Shown piece by piece: positions 37,360 through 50,920 of a stretch of 64,000 nt of DNA (position 1 is its first letter; the number at the start of each line of letters is the position of its first letter). The position numbers and the translations under genes are program-made. The notes beneath the pieces were generated by a model. The model saw only the letters and a program-made list of their open reading frames with translations. It was not told the origin of the DNA and searched no databases. Source of the DNA: Pristiophorus japonicus (taxonomy: Eukaryota); NCBI RefSeq assembly GCF_044704955.1, contig NC_091988.1, forward strand, positions 84,692,001-84,756,000, in the 5' to 3' direction.

Positions 37360-38899
37360 ATAAGCTGCGGGGAGTGGAGGGCGGAGAGATTAAGGTGGCA
37401 GACCAGTGCTGCCAGCTTTCTCCCTTCAGTGAGCAGGTCCCTGGGCTTAGTGGCCGCTGCCGCCATCACAAACATTGGAGCGGGGTCTGGGGGACAGTGT
37501 TGTGTTCGGATCACAGCCACCTTTTTGCTCGGCTGGATTTCCCACCTAATATGGTGGGTTTTTTTAAAGCTGACTTATTAAAGTTTTTTAAAATCGGAGA
37601 ATGCTGAACCTACTACCACTGAGTGGTTGAAACAAATAGCATGGATGTATATAAAGGGAGGTTGGACCAGCATGTCGGAGAAGGGATATGCTGCTAGATT
37701 TCAATGAAAGACTGGAGGAGGCTCGAGTGGAGCATGGACTGATTGGACAGAATGAACTGTTTCTGTGCTGTATATCCTGTGTAAAATCCCAGGCTGCTTG
37801 GCAAGCCCTTTGCAATATTTTTGCAGACCATTGGTTGAGAACCTCTGATCTGAAAGACATGAGATCAGATTTGGAGGCCTAGATTTTACTGATTCTCTCC
37901 ACCTGCCACTTTGGGGTCAGTTGAAACTCAGCAGTACCTGAGTTTAAAAGGATGGAACCTGCACGCATACAGCACAGTAGGAGGCCACTTGACCCTTTCT
38001 GCCTATATTCAACATAGAAGCATGGAAATTAGGAGCAGTAGTAGGCTGTTTGATCCTGTACCACCATTCAATATGATAATGTCTGATCCTCTCTACACCA
38101 TATTCCTGCTTTCTCTCCATACTCTTGTCTTGCTATATCTCAAATATATTCCATGACTTAGTCTCCACAGCCTTCTGTGGTAGAGAATTCCACAGGTTCA
38201 CCACCCTCTGAAGAAATTTCTCATGTCCTAAATTTCCTACCCCTTATCCTGAGATTGTGACCCCCTTGTTCTAGACTTTCCAGCCATGGGCAATATCCAG
38301 TCTGTCCAACCCCATCATAATTTTATACATTTTAATGAGATCTCCTCATTCTGCTAAACTCAATAAATGCATGCCTAGTTGACTGATTTCTCTCCTCATA
38401 CAACAGTCCTGCCATCCCAAGGAATCAGTCTGATGACCCTTTGCTGCACTGTCTCTATGGAAAGTATAACCTTTTAGTACGTTAAATCTATCATCTGGTG
38501 ATTGACCTTTCTGCTAGAAAGTGTTCTCCTCCCCATTCCTTATGAAAACCTTCATTTTTTTTTTGAAAGTCTCTATATTAAATCTCCCCTTCACAACTTT
38601 TCAAATAAATAAATCTCCACTCCTCTGGATTAAATATTGTGCCTTTTTAAATGGATGTAAGTAATAAGGAGCTGCTGCCATCTTTCTACAGAAAGTAGAT
38701 GGGGTTACAGACACCCAGCATTCAGTCAGCCAGGAAGTTGTGTGAGCAGGTTCTAGTCTCCCTCCAGTGCCGAGGGAATAGACCAAAGCAGCATCTCCTT
38801 AATTGGCCACTGCAGATAGGTATGTTTTAGACTCCACATACTGTAACTTCACTAAATGTGTTCCACATTTAATATTCCTTAATGGTTAGTTGTAATTGT

Positions 38900-41118
38900 C
38901 TTTTTTTAAATAAGTTTCTACAGGTACAAAAAAAGGACAAGAATAAAGTAAATGTTGGTCCCCTAGAGAATGAGACTGGGGAACAGGGAAATGGCAGACA
39001 TTGAACAAATATTTTGTATTCTTCATGTTCGACAAAAAAAAAATTCCAATAGTGGATAATCAAGGGGCTATAGGAGGGCAGAACAAGCTCTAAAGAAGTG
39101 GTACTCAGTAAAATGATGGGATTAAATGTGGACAAGTCCCCTGCCCCTGATGGCTAACATCTGAGGGTTTTAAAAGTGGCTGCAGAGATAGTGGATGGAT
39201 TGTTGTGATCTACCAAAATTCCCTGGATTCTGGGGCAGTCCCAGCAGATTGGAAAACCGCAAATATAACTGCCCCTCATTTTTTTTTAAATGAGGCAGTA
39301 AACTATAGACCAGTTAGCCTAATATGTCATTGGGGAAAATGCTGGAGTCTATTAAGGAAGCAGTAGCGAGACATTTGGAAAAGCATAACTTTATGAAGGG
39401 GAAATCATGTTTGACAAATTTGCTGGTGTTTTGGTGAGGATGTAACAAGGTGGGTGAATAAGGGGGTACCAGTGGATGTGATATATTTGCCTTCTGGAAA
39501 TCTAAATAAGGTGCCATATTCATCACAAGCAGTCCCTCAAAACTAGGATGACTTCTTCCATGCCAAAAAAGGATGAGTTCACAGGTGTTTCAATGAAGGA
39601 TCCTGAACAGTGGAAGATACCAGTACATGGATTTTATTAAACGTTGGTGTCCGTTACACACCAGCCACCACACGGGCTTGACAGCTAGGTCTTGGTCCAG
39701 TGGCAAGGGTTATCCAAGACGACTGGAGACCTGCTCTGCTGCACTGGTCTAGTGCGCGCACACATCGCAGTGTGGGCTGGCCGGTGCTGCCCCTGGCCCC
39801 GAACTCTCCTCTCGGGCCCTGATCACATCCCTCCAGTCTCTTGCCACTCCTGCTGTATTTGCCCATGCTCCAATCACCGACCTGGACATTTATGTCACTG
39901 GTCACCATCCAGCACCTGATGGTCTCCCTGCAGTAAGCTGGCTGCTGCGCATGCTCCCTGCCCCGCAGCGGGACAATGGAAAGCAGTGTGACATCGAGGA
40001 AGCCCCGCCCCATCACTCCCTGCTCCCTGAGGCGGGTGGACTTGTGCAGACCAAAGATGGCGCCCGAACTCACTGCAACCCCCGACAGTAACAAAGGCCC
40101 GTCCATGCCCGAAGGTGCCCCGCAGCCACTGCCGCTGACTCTGGCCAAATCCCCCACCTTCCTGCACATGTACTTGAGTGCAAGTCTGCAGGGAGGTTGT
40201 GCGCTGCCCAGGCCACACCTCCATCCTCTGTGGTGGCTGCAAAACTTGCCCGTCCACCAGTAATCTCCCACGTAGAAGGTTACTGCACAAGATAAAAGTT
40301 CATGGGGTTGGGGGTAATATATTAGCATGGGTAAAGGATTGGCTAACAGAAGAGTTGGGATAAATGGGTAATTTTCAAGTTGGCAAACAGTAACTAGTGG
40401 AGTGCTGCAGGGATTGGTGCTGGGTCCTCCACTATTTACAATCTATTAATGATTTGGATGAAGGGACTGAGTGCAATGTAGCCAAGTTTGCTGCTGATAC
40501 AAAGATGGGTGGGGAAAGTAAATTGAGAGGAGGATACAAAATCTAGAAAGGGATATAAACAGGCTAAGTGGGCAAAAATTTAGCAGCTAGAGTATAATAT
40601 GGGAAAATGTGAGGTTATCTATTTTGGCAGCAATAATTGAGAAGCAAATTATAATTTAAATGAAGAAAAAGTGCTGCAGTACAGAAGGACTAGGTCGGAG
40701 GGGTGGTCTTTGTGCAAGAAACAGTTACAATGCAGGTACAGCAAGTAATCAGGAAGGTAAATGGAATGTTGGCCTTTATTGCAAGGGGGATAGAGTATAA
40801 AAGCAGGGAAGTCCTCTTACAACTATACAGGGTATTGAGGCCATACTTGGAATACTGCATACAGTTTTGGTCTCTGTATTTAAGGAAGGATATACTTGCA
40901 TTGGAGGCTGTTCAGAGAAAGTTCACTTGGTTGCTTCTGGAGCTAAGGAGGTTGACTTATGAAGGTAGGGTGGGCCTATATCATTGGTGTTCAGAAGAAT
41001 AAGAGATGATATTGAATCATAAGATAATGAGGGAGCTTGACAAGGTGGATGCAGAGAGGATATTTCCACTCATGGGGGACATAGTTTTAAATGGGCAGCC
41101 CCTTATTCTGAGACTGAG
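38900..41118 (+). mobile_element. Old CR1 remnant with RTE insert (unit 4)
   Basis: Copy of 600-2840. Confidence 0.75.
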
Positions 41119-44100
41119 TACTCAACTAGTGTTGGCCTGGATTTTGTGCTGCAGTCTCTGGAGTGGGATTTGAATACCTGATCTTCTGACCTCGGGTAGG
41201 GGGTCTACCCACTAAAGCAAATTCCATGTCTGATCTCCTCGGTACTAAACATTTTTAAAGACACTGACTCTTGTGGTACTCAGGCCAACAGAGCAGAAAA
41301 TCCCAGATTTGATGCTTGGTCTGCTCAGTGTTTGCCAATCTCAGCAAGTGGAACAGAGTTGGCCTCTGACCTGTGGCTAGTGAGGAGGCAAGTTAGCTGA
41401 AGATTCTTGCTCCTGATCACCATCTGGACACCCTGTCTGGAAAGTGCAGTTGTGAGGAGTGGATTCAAATTTATGATGCTGTTTTCCAATTTCCCCCAAC
41501 CCTACACTCCATCTCCCAGCTCCACCCAGGGGCTGGAATCAGTGTAAAACTCCCCGCGGGCTGTATTTGTAAACTTTTTATATATGTAAAGCATCATGAT
41601 CTGAAAACATCTATGTAGGGCCATGTATAATGCAAGTTCTGATTAGTAATGTATGTTGCAAAGAAATCTAACTAACCTCACCCATTCCATGTACTGTATA
41701 GTGCCATATGTAATGTAATTTAATGACTGTATTACAATGTATCCTGAATTGTACCTCTGAAATGTAAAGCAAGCAACTGTGTTGAACGGAACTGCCGTCA
41801 GTATCTAAATGTATTGTATGGAATGGAATTGCTGACCACATCCAAATGTACTGAACTGCTTTCCAATGTATTTTGTAAATTTTATATTCATGAAGTATAT
41901 TTTGAAATTAAAAAAAAACTCAAATAGAGTGAAAATACTCATTGGCTGGGCTCACAAGACCAGCAGCCAATCAAGGTGAGGAATCTCTAAGAATCAAAGC
42001 CTTCAGGCAAGGAGAACATTGGAGTGGGGAACAAAGACCCAAACTAAAACAAACTGAACTTTCTCCTTTTGGCTTCTGGGATTCAAGGTATGAATTTGAC
42101 CAAGCCTGATGAAATGGAAGACACAAAACTCTTTTTCTCTCCCATTCTTTTTTTACTCCCTGCTGCCTTTAGTGGCCTTGGCTGAAATAAGTTTGAGGAT
42201 AATCTCCACTCTTCCCACCCCAGACCCCACAGCACAAAACTAACTCTCAATCAGGTGCTAAAAATGATCGGTCTCTCTCCCAGCTCTCAAGGAGTGTCTA
42301 GTGTGAGATGAGGTAATGCTACACTGGTGTAGGGGTTCTTGACCATGTCTGCTCGGTGTTAATGTTCATTGTTGGGGTCAGAATTCCTCTCCCAAATCTC
42401 CACCCAATAATGTGAAATGTCTGGGAATCTGGTATGAAAATGACATTGTGGGGAAAACAGGCCAGCCCTGGATATAGGGTTGCCAACGCTCCAGGATTAC
42501 CCTGGAGTCTCCACAAAATAAAGATTAAATCTCCAGGACACTGTCGGTGAGCAGAAAAATCACAGGAGCATTAAAATAAATTGTCTTTTTCATTTTCTCT
42601 GAGCACGTCTGTTTATTGATGATAAAAATATTGGAGAAAGGATAAAATGGTTGTCTGACTGGGAGTCAAGAATCACCTGAGTGGGTAAGGAAGCAAGTCC
42701 GCTCTCCAATCAGGGTGGGAAGGTGGGGTGCCCTCAGGATGAACGTGTTGGTGGAAGGGTTGGAGGTCATGTGATGAAACCTCCAGGAATATGTCCAAAG
42801 AGGAGTTGGCCACTCCGCCTGGGTATCGGAACACTCTGCCTGGGTTACCGCCTCCGCATCTTATCCATTCATAGAGTAGTTTTACATATTACACGAAGCA
42901 ATCTCTCCTGGTGTTGTCCATGGGAAGGACAGGATCTCTTTCTTGATCGCTATAGGGGCCCTGTGGAAGATTATACACAATAAAGGCCCAACAGGTCACC
43001 CATGGCTCAATGGGTAACATGTTCCCTTCTGAGTCAGAAGGTCATGGGTTCATGTCCCACTCCAGGGAGTTGAGCAGGTAATCCAGGCCAACACTTCCAG
43101 TGCAGTACTGAGAGAATTCTGCACTGTCGGAGGTGCCGTCTTACGGATAAGCCGTTAAACTGAGACTCTGCCTGCAATTCTGACATTACAACAGTGACCA
43201 CACTTGAAAAATACTGAATTGACTGTAAAGTGCTTTTGGATAATCCGTGGTTGTGAAATGTGCTATATAGACACAAGGGGCGAGATCTTCGGCTTTCCAT
43301 TTTCAGGGCGAAAACAGAGGCGAGGCAGGAAATTTACTGCCCAATTAACGTTAGCGATTAATTGCTTTACTTTCAACATGAGGTGGAGCGCAAAGGGAGG
43401 CGTTGAATTACTTTTGCAGCGCAAAAACAGGAACCTCGCCAACTTTAGTGCGGGGCCAGGAGCGCTCAGAGAGAGGCCTTGGGAGGGAAAAAAACATCAA
43501 AAAATCATTAAAGAAACATTGACAACACCCTTACCTCACAAATTGCTGCAAAAATTAAAACATTAAAAATTTTAACTTACCTTTTTTCCAGTTTATCCAA
43601 CTCACCACCGCCGACAGGGCTGTGTTTTCCCTGGTGGTCATCGTGGGGCGCGTTTCGCGGCGTACGGGTCGAGTGAGACTCGAAACTCGCAGCGGTGTCA
43701 CAATGTGAGCCGGTGCACACCTGGCGCAGCTCTCCCCGGTGTTTCTAAGCGCCACCGCAAAAAACGAATCGAGGATCGCGGCAGGGTGAAAAACAGCTGA
43801 CCGACAGATTTTTCGCCGCGGAGGGTCAAAACCCGGCAAAAACCCGGTCGCAAATGACCCCAAAATCCAGCCCAAGTTCGTTCTTTCTTTTCACTGGGTG
43901 TACAAATGGATTGTCCATTTTACCGTAGTAGAACCACACTAAAACATGACGCATCGGGACACTTCCTCCAATGGGGCCGCGCCACACTACCTGAGCACAG
44001 CTTCTGCCGAAACCAAACCACAAGTTCCTGAGGCGGCGGTTAATCCCCCCAATAAACCACAGCCAGCTTCCTCCACATCTTCCTGCCAAGGTCATGAACA

Positions 44101-46171
44101 ACACAGCACAGCACTCCATAAACCAATTAATCAGCAAGGCCAAGAATTATAGCAGGGCATTGACTGACTTTCTCACCCATCCATTACCGAGAGACACTAA
44201 GGCAAATTGATCAGCACCATCGCCAAGATTAGTAAGATCTGGACAAGTTCAGAAGTTAAATGTGGTGTCTGCTTGCCTGTCTGGTTCATTTCCATCCTGT
44301 CCATCCTGAGTGAGCCATTGGGTCATAGATCAGGAGCTGGGATTCCAGGGCTGAGACTAAGGAGTGGGCAAGGGATGGTTGGAGAGGGGGAGGAGGGCAC
44401 GGGGAGATCCCAGAGTAACAGAAGGGGGTTGGGGGCAGGGGCCAGCTGGTTTGGCAGGGTTCGGACAGGGAGTGGGGAGCAGTGCGAGTGTGAGGTGCTG
44501 GGGCATATCGTGGGCAATTGAAGGGGAAAGGTGCGGGAATGAGGATGGGGGCGGTGGGCTGGGTGGGGCTAGGATGTAGGTAACAGATGTTGGGGTGAAG
44601 GAACTGTGGATGGGATGGGGTCAGTAGCCGGCAGCATCAGTGGGGGGAGGGGGAAGGGGATAGTTAGCAGGGTGCTGGAATTGGGGATGGGGGTGAGTTC
44701 AGGAGCCAGGAGTGGGTGCGGAGGGAAGCTCAATTGGCAAAAGAATTTTCAATGATAATCGAGAGAGAAGGAGACTTCAGTAATAACTTGACCTCTGACC
44801 CAGGGCCTGGCGAAGGCCCAGACTGAGTGCAGCCCACGGGTTGCGAGGGGTCACTCAGCCTTCCTGTCTCTCCTCCACAGTCTTGTCCATGCTCAGGTGG
44901 CCCTGGAGAGGGAGCACGCGGTGCCCATAGGTACACTTGAGTCCTCCTGCAACCGATGGGTACCGCAGGGAAAGGAAAGTCTTATCGACACGAGTAATAA
45001 TATTGTGATTTACATTATGAGTTTATTTTAGTTTAATAGGTGATGATGTTTAATTATATTAGTGGTACTGCCTCAGTTTGAGGGGCACTTATGCAGTTGC
45101 CTGTCTGTTGGTGGAACTGGGCAATCCAGTGTTACTTCTATTGATTTATTAAAATAAACCAAGACTTGACCAATTCTCCACATGCAATCAGCTATTGGAC
45201 CTCAACAGGTCACTACAGACTGCATCAGGCTGTAGGCGCGTTATCCTGTTTAGATCTGAATCCAATCTCACTCTAAACAAGTCTCCAATCGTTTTCGGGT
45301 CTTGCACCAAAAGGATTATAAAAGAGCCCATATACAGCTTTAAAACCAACAACAACCTGCACTTATGTAGCACCTTTAACATCGTAAGATGACCCAAGGT
45401 GCTTCACAGGAAAGTTATCAAACACAATTTGACACTGAGTCACAAGTGGAGATATTAGAACAGGTGATCAAAAACATGTCAAATAGATAGGTCTTAAAGA
45501 GCGTCTTACAGGAGGACAAAAGCAAAATACTCCAGGTGTTGGAAATTTGAAATAAAAATAGAACATTTTGGAAATACTCAGCAGGTCAGGCAGCATCTTG
45601 GAGATAGAAACACAGTTAACGTTTCAGGTCGATGAACTTTCGTCAGAATTTAATGTCGATGACCTTTCATCAGCGTCTGAAAGGAGGAGAGAGGCAGAGA
45701 GGAGGAGAGGCTCAGGGAGGATATCCCAGAGCTGAGGGCAAAGGCAGCTGAAGGCACAGCCAGCAATGGTGGAGCAATCGAAATCAGGGAGACGCAAGAG
45801 TCCACAATTGGAGGAGCGCAGAGATCTCGGAGCGTTGCAGGGTTGGAGGAGCCGAGGCAGGGGCGGAGTCGGGCAGTGGTACGGAGATGGAAATAGACTT
45901 CTTTCAGTGAAACATTATCAAAGCTCTTAATAAAATATAGCTCTGTATTTATCTGAAGTTGTAAAGTTTGATTAAATTTACATAGTTTGAATAGAATGTA
46001 TGTTCTTTAGGTGTCTGTATATGTTTCTTTCATTATATTCTGTTTCAGTAAATCTTCAGTACATCAAAAAACAAAAGCTGAACTTGTCTTGTTCCCATAG
46101 ACCCAGATAGTCTCCAGCCTGGAGCATCTCCCGATCACTGACCCAGTCTGTGTGAAAAACTTTCTGGAAAC

Positions 46172-46265
46172 AACCAATTAGTAAGATTGTTGGATAGGCT
46201 ATTGGTTTAGTTTAGCCACACCTGCTCCAATTGTTTTCAGGTGATGGCAGGCTGTGTGTATAAAA
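46172..46265 (+). promoter_or_regulatory. ZP3 copy 4 proximal promoter
   Basis: Same motif set; TATAAAA at 46259-46265. Confidence 0.72.
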
Positions 46266-46317
46266 GGGGATCAGGGGACTCCCCACAGAGCACAGTTGAG
46301 CTGCAGTAGTTTGTATT

Positions 46318-49300
46318 ATGGGGCAACTAGTGAAGGGTTTGGGGCCTCTGTTGGTTTTGATTGGAGCTGTTTGTTGCTCTGATACTAGGCAGCGGTTTAG
46401 AAACTGGGACTTCCCATGGAGCATTCAGAAGGCCACTCGTGTCCCTCCAGGCCCAGCTTTTGGTTCTGGTTTCAGTAAGTCTGAGGGGCGAAGTGTGTCT
46501 CCACTGCAGACTGTGATGGTGCAGTGTGGAGAGCAGAACCTGCTGGTCAGAGTACAGATGGATTTATTTGGAACCAGGCACCTGATTAAAGCAGCTGATC
46601 TGACCCTGGGGTCAACAGGTTGTCGGCCAACTGGGGTCTACTCTCAGAACCACACTGTCCTATTTCATTATGGGCTCCATGAATGTGACAGCACAGTAAA
46701 GGTAATGTGATTCTTGATCTAAAACCTTCTGCAAACAATGGGCCCCTGGGAGGAGGAATACTTGCATAGATTAGTTGGGCTGAATGGACTATTTGTGCTG
46801 AACATTCTATGAAATATTTGGACCTGTAACAATATGATTTTAATGTAAGCTTTCATTTTGATTGGACTTCATGTTCAGAATATTTTAGTGAGGCTTGTTT
46901 AAATGAGATTCTCATTGAGGTTTCTTTCCCTGATTCAACCTTTTATTGATTGAATCAAAACTGGGCATCTGGACTGAAGTACAAGGTTATGAGACTGCGT
47001 TGAGCAATGTAATAGTGGAGGGTGAGATGAAGGGTTGCAGCTACATGAGTGACTTTTTTTTTTGCTGTACATTTGGTGGTTTAGTCTTGATTTTCTGAGA
47101 TTGGTTGGGACACAGTTGGAGTTCCATGCTGTTTGTGACTTGTAGAAAGAATCATGGGAACTGATTACTAAATATTCAAGTGTTCTTTATGCAAAAATGC
47201 TTGGAAAGATTGAGGCATTTTTCATCAAATTGAGGTGCCTCTAGAGTAAAGGCAGAACATGCTTATGGTGAAATTGTACTGAGGAAACCTAGACTGAAGA
47301 CAATCCTTTGAAGGGATTCTCAGGATTGTTGACATTTTAGAATGTTATGTTTTGAATAGTCAGACTAGATACTGCAAGCTCAAAGTAAGATGTGACCATA
47401 GTCCTTTTATTACAGATCACAGTGCCTCACCAGCCTGTGAGACCACCTTTTTTTATAATATTGCTCCCACGGCATTGTGGGGTCCCTTGGGACTCCAGGG
47501 GATAAGTCCTCTGGTGGTTAGACATGTTTACATACATCACAGACTGCATCACCATAAGTGACCATAAAGTACTGAGACCCAATGGAGCAGTTATCTCTAT
47601 TTCTGTCTTCCATCCCTAAACCCCTCTGCCTCTACCACTCCATCTGTTTATGGCACTTATTAAAACTGTTTGTGGCCAAGCCTTTGGTCAAATATCTTTA
47701 ATTGATTTGGTGCCAAACTTTTTTTTCTGAACCTCCCCGTGAAGTGCCTTAATGTTTTACTATGTCAAGTGAGTTTTATATAAATGCACAAGTGGATGAT
47801 TGTGGGTCACTTCCCCGCAGAGGCCTACAATATCTCTTCAAATGGATTTGGATAGGGCTGGGACTCTAATTAATAGAAGTATGAATTGCTGTGTGTTTCT
47901 CTAAACACTGCTCTCTTGTCCAAGAATGACTCCCTTGTTCTGTACCTGACCCTGACCAGATCACATTTTCTCTCCCAGATGATGGATGACCTGCTGATTT
48001 ACACCAGCCACCTGTACTACAGGCCAAGCCGTATTGGAGGAGTCATTGTGAGAACCAGTGGAGCAGTTGTCCCTATTGTGTGCCATTATCCCAGGTAAGG
48101 TGGATGATTGACAGGCTCTCCTTTCCTCTGATGGGGTTGTGAATTGGAAGTAAAACTGGCCTTTCCTCTTCCCACAGGAAGAGGACAGTGAGCAGCAATG
48201 CGATCAAGCCCACCTGGGTCCCCTTCTCCTCCACCAAGGCCGGAGAGGGACGTCTGTCATTCTCCCTGCGTCTGATGACTGGTAAGTGATTGTCAATGAT
48301 CTACCATGCATGTTTTACCCATTCCTTGGAATCAAGTGAGGAACCCAAAGCTTGTGTTCCTGCTCTCATTCCCTTTCCCTTTCCAGCTAACTGGAGTGCA
48401 GAGCGTACCTCCAATATCTACCACCTGGGTGACCTCATTCACATCGAGGCCTCTGTGATGACCGTGAACCACATGCCTCTGAAGCTCTATATTGACCGCT
48501 GTATAGCTACACTGAGCCCAGACCAGGACTCCACCCCCAGATACAACATTATTGACTTCAACGGGTAAGGTCTTTATCTGGGCTGCATATGTCACACACA
48601 TAACTGTTTGGCGGAGGGAATCCATTCTTAATGATGCAGCTCTTTCTGACCCTCTTTCCAGTTGCCTGTTGGACAGCCGAGACGAAGACTCCTTTTCGTC
48701 CTTCGTGTCACCGCGAGATCACCTGGATAAGCTTCAGTTCAAGCTGGATGCATTCCGCTTCTTTGAGGATGACAGGGACTTGGTAAGAGGAGACCAGATG
48801 TTGAGACAGTGAGCGTTTGACACTGAGTAACTCGTGCATGTGTCTCCTGCAGATCTTCATCACTTGCCACCTGAAAGTAGCTGCAGCAGATCAAAGGCCA
48901 GATTCAGTCAACAAAGCTTGTTCCTTCCAGAAGCCAGCCAACCGGTGAGTGAAATCTAACCAACAATGGTGATCCTCTTTGGTCAGAATGCATCCATATG
49001 CCAATGGTGTGCTTCCTTGTTTGTTTAGATGGTCCCTGGTGACTGAATTGGACCTGTCCATGGTGGAAGGATCCACTGAGGTTTGTGCCTGTTGTGATGG
49101 GGGCAACTGCGGAGCCTCGAGATTGCGATCTGGAGGAAGACTTCACTCCAGGGGCAGGAGAGAGGTCCTATCTGAGCTGGGTATGTTGTGGTGGTATTGG
49201 GTGTTGGGGCTATTGTTTGATGTTTGTTTGTAACTGGATGGAATGACTTGTTGCAGAGTCGGAGCCTGTGTGGGAGGGTGAAGCCTCCCTTGGGCCCCTG

Positions 49301-49552
49301 ATCATTCTGGATGCTGATCTGAAGGACCTGGTCCATTCGATGGGAAGTGAAGCTGTCGAGACTCGTGAGGAGATTCCGAGTTCTTCTCCAGGTGAGTGTT
49401 GATTTTTGAGAACCCAATTCCAGTCTAGTGACTCCTGACTCAATGGCTTCTCATTCTCTGCAGGTGAGGTGCTTCTGGTTGTGATGTTGGTAGCTGGGGC
49501 CATGATCTCAGCCACTCTGGTGGCCTTCTTCCTCTTCAGGAAACACACCTGA
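46318..49552 (+). CDS. ZP3: ZP3-like copy 4, intact, 9 coding exons, ~456 aa
   Basis: Exons 46318-46701, 47979-48094, 48178-48281, 48387-48564, 48662-48782, 48853-48944, 49029-49180, 49257-49391, 49464-49552; GT-AG introns; ends RKHT*. Confidence 0.93.
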
Positions 49553-50331
49553 ATCCTTTCTCATTTGGGCTTTTCCATCATTTGTCAAAAAATGGAGTAA
49601 TAAATTTGAAATGTGACTTGCTTGAATTAGTCTTTGGTCTTGGTGTTTTGAACTTCAGTTGTTTCAAAGGCCCCTCCTGTGTTTACATTCCACATTTCCC
49701 TTGTAACAAGTGTTTATATAAAAAAAAAGACTCCATTCCTATTGCAGCTGCTTGTGCTATTATGATACTGGTCACGGCGACCATCCCACTCCCACTTTCC
49801 CTAATGAGCCCCGATTCTCTCTGACTATTTCCAGCACATTAGTCGGTCCCGGTTCTCTGATTCAATGAAATGGCCTTTTGCCCATCTGATATTTTTTAAC
49901 AATTAAAGGCCACAGGGTTTTGTTTTATTGTCCAAATTGGTCCCAGTAGTGTGCAGATAATTGTTGGAAGTTTGAAATCGCAGCTGGAACACAATATTGA
50001 GTGAAAAATTGGGTCTGAATGTGAGTACCTCCTTGGTAGAGCAAGACTGCTAATGCTCACAGTTGAAGAATGAATGAGTTTGGGCAGCAAAGGGCAGCCA
50101 ACACCCTTGTAACTATTGGTGTGAGTCAACCATTCAGCAGAGAAAATGAGGGCCAGGGTTGAGTTACTGCAGATTATATAAATGTGTTTGCAAACTGTTT
50201 CTGTTTTGCTGGTAATGGTGCCATTCAACTGGGCTGTCTCCCAAAAGACAGTGACTCACTGACCCTAGCATCTCCTTTACTCCCGGCACCTGCTGCCTAT
50301 TTCCTTTCACCTTCATTTGATTGACAAACCT

Positions 50332-50712
50332 NNNNNNNNNNNNNNNNNNNNNNNNNNNNNNNNNNNNNNNNNNNNNNNNNNNNNNNNNNNNNNNNNNNNN
50401 NNNNNNNNNNNNNNNNNNNNNNNNNNNNNNNNNNNNNNNNNNNNNNNNNNNNNNNNNNNNNNNNNNNNNNNNNNNNNNNNNNNNNNNNNNNNNNNNNNNN
50501 NNNNNNNNNNNNNNNNNNNNNNNNNNNNNNNNNNNNNNNNNNNNNNNNNNNNNNNNNNNNNNNNNNNNNNNNNNNNNNNNNNNNNNNNNNNNNNNNNNNN
50601 NNNNNNNNNNNNNNNNNNNNNNNNNNNNNNNNNNNNNNNNNNNNNNNNNNNNNNNNNNNNNNNNNNNNNNNNNNNNNNNNNNNNNNNNNNNNNNNNNNNN
50701 NNNNNNNNNNNN
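50332..50712. other. Assembly gap (381 N)
   Basis: Run of N. Confidence 1.
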
Positions 50713-50766
50713 AATTCTCTCCACCTGCCACTTTGGGGTCAGTTGAAACTCAGCAGTATCAGTTTA

Positions 50767-50920
50767 GGTGAACCTGTGGAATTGTCTACCACAAAGTTGT
50801 TGAGGCCAATTCACTAAATATATTCAAAAAGGAGTTGGATGTAGTCCTTACTCTTAGGGGGCATCAAGGGGTATGGTGAGAAAGCAGGAATGGGGTACTA
50901 CTCCTGCATCTCTTTTCTAT
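50767..50920 (+). mobile_element. Short CR1 3'-end insertion private to unit 5
   Basis: Matches the 3' end of the 34-37 kb CR1 (GGTGAACCTGTGGAATT...GGGGTACT...TTCTATGTTT). GTTTA flanks both sides; the insertion is absent from other units. Confidence 0.75.

Larger units (their letters stand above)
22077..37846 (+). repeat. Tandem duplication unit 3 (type B spacer + ZP3 copy 3 + private CR1)
   Basis: Colinear with the other units; carries an extra 3-kb CR1. Confidence 0.85.
37847..50331 (+). repeat. Tandem duplication unit 4 (type A spacer + ZP3 copy 4)
   Basis: Near-identical to unit 1. Confidence 0.85.

Noticed and set aside
50164-50817. ORFs containing long X runs
   Set aside because: Artefact of the N gap.
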